Assembly (NCBI GenBank): GCA_965222115.1
Contig: CBDCTJ010000007.1
Location: 2,720,001 to 2,784,000, forward strand
DNA from: Planctomycetota bacterium
Lineage (GTDB): Bacteria; Planctomycetota; PLA2; JAEUHO01
Length of the DNA stretch: 64,000 bases
Direction of reading: 5' to 3'
The translations under genes were made by a program, and so were the position numbers. Below are positions 57,047-64,000 of this stretch, one piece after another (within the stretch, counting starts at the first letter, position 1; every line of letters starts with the position of its first letter). Below the pieces are notes generated by a model. That model did no database searches. It was given only the letters and a program-made list of their open reading frames with translations, and was not told the DNA's origin.

Positions 57047-58161
57047 ACTTGGCCACCTCACGGTTTCCGGCGCCCGTGCAGTCGTATCTGGCGCATCAAC
57101 TTGATCTCGCGCGCCACGTCGCGTGGTTTGAGGTGGATGAGAATCGCATCGTTCGCGCAGTGGGCGGTCGGTCCACGTTCTATCGCTTTGATGCCGCGGT
57201 CATCGGCCAACATGCGGAGGTGGCCTTTCCCTACCTCACCGGCATGTTCGAAGATGTTGCGCCCCGGTATGTGTTTCCGTTCGTTCAAATGCCCAGCGGT
57301 GGACTGGCCGATATTCACGTGGTGTCGGTCCGCGGCGAGCACGGCGGTATCGAGAGCACGTTCGCCATCATTTTGGACACGAGTTCCGAAGCCTATCGAC
57401 TGGAAGCCGTTCAACAGTCGCGCAATGAACACGCGCTACGTGGCATTTCACCCATGCACGCGAGCCTCCTCACGCTCCTGGGGGCGCGCGACGCGCTCTT
57501 GTTAGAGCCGGCACGCGACACGCAACAGGAGGCATCACCTGCTTTTGCTTGGCTGCGCGTCCTGTCGCCGCTCCCAACGTGGGCCGATGCATTGACGCAG
57601 AGCAAGCACGTCGATTCCGCCGCGGCTACGCGCACGGCTGCGGATGGCAAGATGCTACTCCATGTAGACACGTTTCCATTTTTGGAAGCGTTTCTTCCCG
57701 AAGCGGTGGAATTCTGGCGTTCCAAGTCACGAGGCCTCTTGCAGAGTACGCCGTGGGTGCAAACCGACGGCAACGGCAATGAGATCTCCCTACAAGTTTC
57801 CGCCGTTCATCTCGAAAATCATGGCGGCCTCTTGATCGTGGAAGTCCTCGGCTCGACCTATCACGAAAAGCGTTCCCTGCTCCAACGGGCGCGCGAACGC
57901 AGCCTGGAACAAGAGCGACTCAGTCGTGCCCTGGCCCACCAGCAGTACATGCTGGATTATATTTCTCGCGATCTTGCCGAACCCGTGCAGCGTTCCTTGA
58001 TTCGCATCGAAGAGCTTCTCGCCGAACGCAACGTGCAAGGGCCGGTCGAAGAGATCCTTGAAGCCGTGCGTCGCGAGTGCCATGAACATGTGGACGGCGT
58101 TCGGAAAATTTTGGCCGTCTTCGGCCGCCACACATCGATTGATGAGAACTACAACGCCTAG
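57043..58161 (+). CDS. PAS-like sensor protein with degenerate HisKA-like tail
   Basis: TTGA overlap with the GTPase gene; LQRARERSL coiled coil then ISRDLAEP (H-box-like, Arg for His); no HATPase domain. Confidence 0.65.
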   Translation: MNLATSRFPAPVQSYLAHQLDLARHVAWFEVDENRIVRAVGGRSTFYRFDAAVIGQHAEVAFPYLTGMFEDVAPRYVFPFVQMPSGGLADIHVVSVRGEHGGIESTFAIILDTSSEAYRLEAVQQSRNEHALRGISPMHASLLTLLGARDALLLEPARDTQQEASPAFAWLRVLSPLPTWADALTQSKHVDSAAATRTAADGKMLLHVDTFPFLEAFLPEAVEFWRSKSRGLLQSTPWVQTDGNGNEISLQVSAVHLENHGGLLIVEVLGSTYHEKRSLLQRARERSLEQERLSRALAHQQYMLDYISRDLAEPVQRSLIRIEELLAERNVQGPVEEILEAVRRECHEHVDGVRKILAVFGRHTSIDENYNA

Positions 58162-58290
58162 TCCTTCCCTAATTCTTCTCCCTTCCCTCATCTGAATCTC
58201 AATCTGTCCTGATCTGATGCTTGTGTCGCTCTGCGCCTCTACAACGTTGCGTCTCTGCGTGAGGTGCAAGGGTGTTGCACGCGTGACGCC

Positions 58291-59937
58291 TCAATTCTTT
58301 CGGACGCGATATTCCCCGCCACCAATTTGGGCAAGTTCGCGCATGAAGTCGGCGTCGTGGTCCTCGCCAATGCCTACGGCGTGAATGCGCAACTTCAATG
58401 AGTCATTCCACTCGCGCACCGCATCAAGAATGCGTTTGCTATCGAGCAGGCGACCCGCGGTAGGACGGCCGTCGGTGAGAAAGAAGATGGTGTCAACGAC
58501 GGGGCGACCCGTTACGGTGGAAGCGAAACGAAATCCCGCTTCCAGCGCGTCGTGGATGTTGGTGCCCCCCACGGGCTTCTGTTTCGTGACCCAGCCTTGA
58601 ATGACCTTCTTGGTGCCTTCGCTGGCAGTCTTGGCCTTGGATTGCCAGGGAATCACCGAATGATTGAAGAAGATCACGCCGAACTGATCGGTTGGATTGA
58701 GTCCATGGATAGCACCCATCAGCTCACGCTTGGCCACGTCCATTTTCGTTTGACGCTTGGCGGCTTCCTTTCGGGGGACGCGGTCCATCGAACCTGAAAT
58801 GTCGATGATGTAGAGGACGCGATCACTGAATGTTGGAATGCCGTAGAACGTGCCGCCCTTTTTGCTTTGATCACTCACTGTGTGGGGCACGGGGTTTTTT
58901 GGCAGGATGAACTGCTCACCATGCTCATCCCACCACGTCTTCCAAGGCCCGGGGTAGGGACCGTGCTTCAATCCGGTGAGCGACGTGAGCGCGCGCTGCG
59001 CATCCTCGCGAAGTCGGGCGATATCTTCGCGTCCCAAAAATGTGATCAGCGGCATGATGCAACGCTTGTCGTGCATACGCGCCAGGGCCTCGATGCCATC
59101 GAGCGTCAAATTGCTCTGGTCGGGCGGCAATTTCAGCGTGGCGATGGCGCGTGGGAAGGTGCGCCCATCGCCATGCGCAGCAAGCACACGCAGGGCGAGG
59201 CGGCGGATCGATGGCGGCGTCTCGCTGTTGTCATAGACGGCGACCAGACGTTCATCCACTTCGGGCTTTCGTACATCCCACACCGCATGGAGCCAACGAA
59301 CACGGTCCGGAGGTTTCTTAGACAAGAGCCACGCGTTTTCGATTTGCGTGAGCGACTGAATGAGCGCGTCCCCGTCCAGCGTGCGCAACATCGCCGTTGT
59401 GACGAGCGTGGCGGACTGCATCAGCGCGTCGTTCTGAGCGTATTGATTTTCTAGATCTTTGAGTGTTTTGAGAATGGTCTCCTGTTGTTTGCCAACCTTC
59501 TTCGACTTCTTGTTGAACCGGTCAATGTCGTGCCCCGACTTCGTGCTCATATCGAACTGCTCTTGGAGACTTTGCAGTTTGTCAATGCAGTTTTCGTACT
59601 TCTCTTCGCACGATCGCTGAAGCTTCACCAGTTTCTGTCGTTGCCCCGCAACCCGCTTCACGCCGCCAAGAAGCAACTCGATGGCCCGAGGACCTGCCAT
59701 GGGGCGGAGCAACTCAAAGGCACGTGCGCGCACTGCGGGATCTTTGTCGCTCAGGGTGCTCTTGAACTGTTTTTCAATGCGGTTTTGCTCTTCCTTGGAG
59801 AGCGGGCTCGATGTGGCGGGTGCGTCGTCCTTGGCCCACGCGATATCCGGCGCACATCCAAGCAGCACAAGTCCCGCGAGGAGCGCTATCGCGCCGAGCG
59901 TGCGTGCGACCCGACGATCTTCGAAGAAAGCCATCAT
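58291..59937 (-). CDS. Secreted HEAT + VWA domain protein
   Basis: TFYGIP...YIIDISGSM (MIDAS), GGTNIHDAL, IFFLTDG, IHAVGIG; HEAT repeats; signal peptide. Confidence 0.9.
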   Translation of the reverse strand: MMAFFEDRRVARTLGAIALLAGLVLLGCAPDIAWAKDDAPATSSPLSKEEQNRIEKQFKSTLSDKDPAVRARAFELLRPMAGPRAIELLLGGVKRVAGQRQKLVKLQRSCEEKYENCIDKLQSLQEQFDMSTKSGHDIDRFNKKSKKVGKQQETILKTLKDLENQYAQNDALMQSATLVTTAMLRTLDGDALIQSLTQIENAWLLSKKPPDRVRWLHAVWDVRKPEVDERLVAVYDNSETPPSIRRLALRVLAAHGDGRTFPRAIATLKLPPDQSNLTLDGIEALARMHDKRCIMPLITFLGREDIARLREDAQRALTSLTGLKHGPYPGPWKTWWDEHGEQFILPKNPVPHTVSDQSKKGGTFYGIPTFSDRVLYIIDISGSMDRVPRKEAAKRQTKMDVAKRELMGAIHGLNPTDQFGVIFFNHSVIPWQSKAKTASEGTKKVIQGWVTKQKPVGGTNIHDALEAGFRFASTVTGRPVVDTIFFLTDGRPTAGRLLDSKRILDAVREWNDSLKLRIHAVGIGEDHDADFMRELAQIGGGEYRVRKN

Positions 59938-59944
59938 GTGCCTG

Positions 59945-61147
59945 CTAACCACCCTTTGCGTTCACGGTCTCGGGGTCCGTCGGTTCCGTTGTGGATGGCG
60001 CGTTCGACGCCTCACCATTCTCGCTACCGTCATAGCCGTCGGTTGCGTCGTAGCCATCGAACGTGGGTAGACAGAGCTGGCGCGTGAGCGACTTTTTGGC
60101 GCGCACCATCTTCAGAAACGTCTCGCGCAATTCATCAAACCGCGCTTCGGCTTCGGCGCTGTCGCCCACGATGGGTACCTGGGCCGCAGCAAACGTGTCG
60201 TGCCCCCCACCATGGCCGTCGCTGATCGCACGGGCGACGGCCCCCGCGGCCAAGTCGGGATCGTTGCTCTTCACGCTGCGGAGTGAGCAGTACAGCACCG
60301 GCGATTCACCTTCTGGCGGAACATGGTAGCCCGCCGCAAGTGCCCACTTCACCCCCTCGAGTCGGAAGAGCAAGTCGGCAACTTCTGCTACCAGGTCGGC
60401 GTGGGCAATGGTGCCCAAGTAGGTAGACACGGTGAAGTCGGTCACCAGCGCTTGCTGAAGCGCGCGGGCCATCGTGACAAAATAGGTTTGGGGTACGCGG
60501 GCACGTTCGATGCGCGCCAGGATCTGTTTATCGGAAAGCTTGTAGACCTGTTCATACACCCGTTCGTCTTCCGAACTCACACCGCGCGACAAGTCCATGG
60601 TATCGGTGCGGATGCCGTACGTGAGGGCGGTAGCGAGTACCCGATCCATTGGAATGTTGTGATCGACAAACAGCGCCCCCACCATGGTGCTGGTGCTACC
60701 AAACGTTGGATCGCAGTATGGAAACGGGATGCCTACTAGCGAACTTACGCCAGGGTGGTGGTCAATCACAATGTCGGGCGTTACACCCTGAGGCAGCCGA
60801 CAGGTTCCCGCGCCGGGATGCGTGTCCACCACAATGATCAAGTCAAAGTCGTCGTAGTTCAGGCGGTAGGATGGTCGTATGGAAATGGCGAGATGACGAA
60901 GCATGGCACGGTTTTCAACCCGTCCGACGCGGCCCGTGTAAGCCAGCACCGCATCCACTTCAAACAGCCGGCGCAACAATACCCGGAGCGCCTCGGCCGA
61001 CGCGAGCGCATCGGGATCGGGGTTGTGCTGCAAATGAATGAGCGGGCTCTGCTTGCCGCGGGCGATCTCGATGAGCCGCAGCAGCGGCGAACCGCTGGGC
61101 GGGGCGGTCGCCGACGGCGCCTGGGTGGTGTTACTGGCTTCAGCCAC
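59945..61147 (-). CDS. DHH/DHHA1 phosphoesterase (NrnA-like)
   Basis: HNPDPDALAS, VVDT, IDHH, GIRTDT, GGGHDTFAA. Confidence 0.9.
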   Translation of the reverse strand: MAEASNTTQAPSATAPPSGSPLLRLIEIARGKQSPLIHLQHNPDPDALASAEALRVLLRRLFEVDAVLAYTGRVGRVENRAMLRHLAISIRPSYRLNYDDFDLIIVVDTHPGAGTCRLPQGVTPDIVIDHHPGVSSLVGIPFPYCDPTFGSTSTMVGALFVDHNIPMDRVLATALTYGIRTDTMDLSRGVSSEDERVYEQVYKLSDKQILARIERARVPQTYFVTMARALQQALVTDFTVSTYLGTIAHADLVAEVADLLFRLEGVKWALAAGYHVPPEGESPVLYCSLRSVKSNDPDLAAGAVARAISDGHGGGHDTFAAAQVPIVGDSAEAEARFDELRETFLKMVRAKKSLTRQLCLPTFDGYDATDGYDGSENGEASNAPSTTEPTDPETVNAKGG

Positions 61148-61234
61148 ACGTCGAAGTCTACCCCGAGGCCCTCGGCCCTTCTCGCTCGCGACGGGGCTGC
61201 CTCAGATTGTCGTAAGCCATTATGGTGAAAAGTC

Positions 61235-61630
61235 TTAGCCTCGATCGGCCCTTCGTTCATAGCCGAGCTCTTTTAGGATTCCCAATACCTCGGACCACGT
61301 AGGGAAGGATCGCCCACTGCGCTCCTTGAAGCGATTGATGGCGCGGATGAACTCGAGCGTCTCTTCTTCCATGTCGTATTGATTGATGCTGCGCGGCCGC
61401 CGGCGAGGTCCGGCGCGTCGATCCGCCGTCTTGCGCCGATCGGGATCCACCTTGATGTTTTTCTGGCGACGTTCGCCCTTTCGGCGTTCCCTGCGCACCC
61501 GACGGTCCATCTCGGGAGTCGGCACATCGGAATTAGAGGGCGACGTTTGGTCCGGTACTGCACGAGGGGCGGCGGACTCATCGTGTCCGGGCGGCTCATC
61601 GTTGACTTCGCTCATGACGTCAGGGTACAC
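61235..61630 (-). CDS. Small conserved hypothetical protein with (D/E)RR repeats
   Basis: DRR/ERR repeats then EFIRAINRFK...FPTWSEVL..LKELGY, a motif I associate with planctomycete proteins. Confidence 0.75.
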   Translation of the reverse strand: MYPDVMSEVNDEPPGHDESAAPRAVPDQTSPSNSDVPTPEMDRRVRRERRKGERRQKNIKVDPDRRKTADRRAGPRRRPRSINQYDMEEETLEFIRAINRFKERSGRSFPTWSEVLGILKELGYERRADRG

Positions 61631-61702
61631 GGGCGCACCATGGAATTGTGCGTTGATTGTGTGAGGAGGTAGGGCCTGCGCCCACGGAGCCTTTGCACGG
61701 CG

Positions 61703-63793
61703 TTATCCGCCTTCCTTGAAGACGATTTGGATGGCTTTGACTTCGCCGCTATTTACACGCTCTTTGTCGGCTGCCTTCCAGTTGGTGCCGACAACATAGG
61801 CACGAACCTCAATGGGACCCGGTGGTACCTCAATCTCTCCATCACGTGAGAGACCTTGCACGCGCTTGAACTCGCCCGTGCCAACCTTCATTTCCAAGAT
61901 CACCATGCCTTTGGGCCGTCGTCCATCGGCCGTCACAAAGCCGGCAAACCGGAGCTTTGCAAAGCGCTTCAATATGAGCGCACTCAACTCAGTGTGTTCG
62001 CCCGCTTCGACAACAAACGGCGGCGACTCGGCGGTTACGAAACCTACTGCCGAGACGCGCAACTTGTAGCGCCCGGGTGCTACGCCGCGGGCGTCGATCA
62101 TCCCTTCGCGCGATAAAAAGTTACCGAGCTCCGATTCCGGGCCTGGTGGCGTGGCATTGCCCGTCTTGGCGGGCGCCAAGCGAATCAGTTTGGCCATCGC
62201 GGGATCCACGACATGGGCGCCGTCGCCATCGAGGGGCAAGATGAAGCTTCCGCCGCCCTCCATATCGAACTCGACCGCCGCGGTACCCATTGGCTTTACG
62301 TCGAACGTAACGGGTTGCGAAGATTCAGATTCCACCGTGCACCAAGCCTCGTACGATCCAGGTGAGATCTCAGACAAGGCAAATGTCTGATCGGCGCGCA
62401 GCACGGCGCGACGAAGCGAGCGAGCGAGTACGTGGCCATTCTCGTCCCGCTGCGTCATATGGACGCGAACGGGCCCCCCCGCGTGTCGTCGTGCGCCACC
62501 TTTGAGTCGCGCGACCAACGCACTCTTGCGCTCCGCAACCATCACCAGATCATCGGTCCCAGGTTTCACGGCGTATTCATGCAAAATGCCAATCGCCGGG
62601 TGCCGCGCTTCCAGATTGTGGACCTCGGTTGCGAGACCCGCGACGCGAAAGCTGCCGTCGCTGCCCGTGATGGCCTTTCGGGGCCGGCCATTGACGTAAT
62701 ACGTATGGCGCGGCGTGGCGACGATGCTGCGCGCGTGGATTTCGACACCGGCCACGCCGCGGCCGTCCCCGTCAATGACTTTGCCCGAGATCTCGCCGCC
62801 CTTCTTGAGCCGCAATTCGCGATGGGCGGTTTTACCCGGTGTAACAATCAGGCGCCGCGGCGCTTTGGAGCCGCCATCGGGACGATCCATATCGGTCCAG
62901 GCGTATTCGGGATGGGTGACGACAAACTCGAGTTGCACCTCATCGCCGAGTGGACCGATTTCGAAACGGCCCTGTTTGTCAGTATACAGACGTAACGAAC
63001 TGCCTCCCTCGTAGCGAATACCCCACACGCGCTCGCCCAAATGCTTTGCAATGAACTGTACCAACTGCGGAATCTGCGAAAATCGCGGTCGCATTTCGGG
63101 CGTCCACGTGCGGGTTCCGACGTGTTCGCCTTCCTCTGGCGTATCGATCGGGGGCACGGTGATGGATTGAAGATTGACTTCCACAAGCGCGTCGGCAACA
63201 GGGGCGCCGCTCTCGTCGTCTACGACGCGGCCCTTGACGCGCCCCCCCTCCTGCAAATGAAACAGGAGATCGTCGCGACCGTGCTTGGACGTTTCGTCGC
63301 CACGGACATCGAGCACTTGAAGAAAGTACCCATCGTGAAATGCCACCACATGGCTAATCATCTGGCCGGCATCGGCTGCCAACGTGAAATGTCCATCACC
63401 GTCGCTACGGGTTTCCGCGGCGATGCCATTGTTTCCTACCAAGGCTACGCCGTACGGGTTGATGGAGTCGTCCGATTCTTCATCCGGATCGAGTCCCGCG
63501 GGCCCACCCTTCAAAAGCCCGGTTGAATATTCAACCAACAACACGGTGGCGCCTTCAATCGGGGTGTCGGATCGAGTCAGCACCCTGCCTGCATACACGC
63601 CGCCCGCTTGCGGGCGGAGCGCGCGAGCCCCCTTCATGTATTCAGGCATAGGCGCTGGATCGGGCGTGTGTTCTTTGGAAGGGGTAGGCAGCGCCTCATA
63701 GTCAGGCGGCGTCGCATTGCCCCCAAAGAGGATGAATGTGACGAGGGCCGCAGCTAGGGCGATCAACACAGCGAGGATTGCAACGGTTCGCAT
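61703..63793 (-). CDS. Membrane-anchored protein with carboxypeptidase-regulatory-like (CarboxypepD_reg) domains
   Basis: Repeated GRV.D..G.PV..A.V...TD..G.F beta-sandwich motifs; N-terminal TM. Confidence 0.85.
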   Translation of the reverse strand: MRTVAILAVLIALAAALVTFILFGGNATPPDYEALPTPSKEHTPDPAPMPEYMKGARALRPQAGGVYAGRVLTRSDTPIEGATVLLVEYSTGLLKGGPAGLDPDEESDDSINPYGVALVGNNGIAAETRSDGDGHFTLAADAGQMISHVVAFHDGYFLQVLDVRGDETSKHGRDDLLFHLQEGGRVKGRVVDDESGAPVADALVEVNLQSITVPPIDTPEEGEHVGTRTWTPEMRPRFSQIPQLVQFIAKHLGERVWGIRYEGGSSLRLYTDKQGRFEIGPLGDEVQLEFVVTHPEYAWTDMDRPDGGSKAPRRLIVTPGKTAHRELRLKKGGEISGKVIDGDGRGVAGVEIHARSIVATPRHTYYVNGRPRKAITGSDGSFRVAGLATEVHNLEARHPAIGILHEYAVKPGTDDLVMVAERKSALVARLKGGARRHAGGPVRVHMTQRDENGHVLARSLRRAVLRADQTFALSEISPGSYEAWCTVESESSQPVTFDVKPMGTAAVEFDMEGGGSFILPLDGDGAHVVDPAMAKLIRLAPAKTGNATPPGPESELGNFLSREGMIDARGVAPGRYKLRVSAVGFVTAESPPFVVEAGEHTELSALILKRFAKLRFAGFVTADGRRPKGMVILEMKVGTGEFKRVQGLSRDGEIEVPPGPIEVRAYVVGTNWKAADKERVNSGEVKAIQIVFKEGG

Positions 63794-64000
63794 GGGATTT
63801 CATCCGAGAGACTGGCACTTCCAAGAAAGCGACGTAGAGCGGACTCGGTACATCGCGGATGCCTATAGGTCACGGCGGCAAGTGACGTGCCGCGCGGAGT
63901 CGTACCGTAACGCCAATCGGAGGGCACCGACATGCCGATGCCGTGCGATGCCGCACGGCGGACACGCGGGTGCGTCGCACTGAATTGCGTGAATGCTAAC

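Overview
GC-rich bacterial window, probably Planctomycetota (inferred from a membrane-anchored ECF sigma factor, VWA/HEAT and carboxypeptidase-regulatory-like proteins and a small FPTWSEVL-motif protein). It is mostly housekeeping and envelope genes (recJ, selB, leuS, ruvB, menG/ubiE, mutL, holA-like, cca, nrnA-like, spoIID-like, ArnT-like). It also holds a small defence island at about 3.3-7.3 kb (darG-darT, a PD-(D/E)xK-like ORF, a type III restriction remnant and a membrane protein), a pentaheme cytochrome cluster and a Rab-like (Rup) GTPase operon. The most unusual signal is a dispersed repeat-cassette system. Ten copies of a composite repeat, [(CCCGTNA)-type heptamers]-[40-bp hairpin core]-[(GTGGAC)0-9], occur across the window. 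They flank four 'four helix bundle' (23S rRNA IVP/Avd-like) genes of two subtypes as direct repeats, form an R-A-R-B-R-R array at 10.7-12.4 kb, and also occur gene-less at 8.0 and 31.1 kb. Each subtype has its own conserved leader that can base-pair over its start codon. No transposase, integrase, reverse transcriptase, rRNA, tRNA or CRISPR array was recognised. All family calls come from motifs read by eye; no database searches were run.
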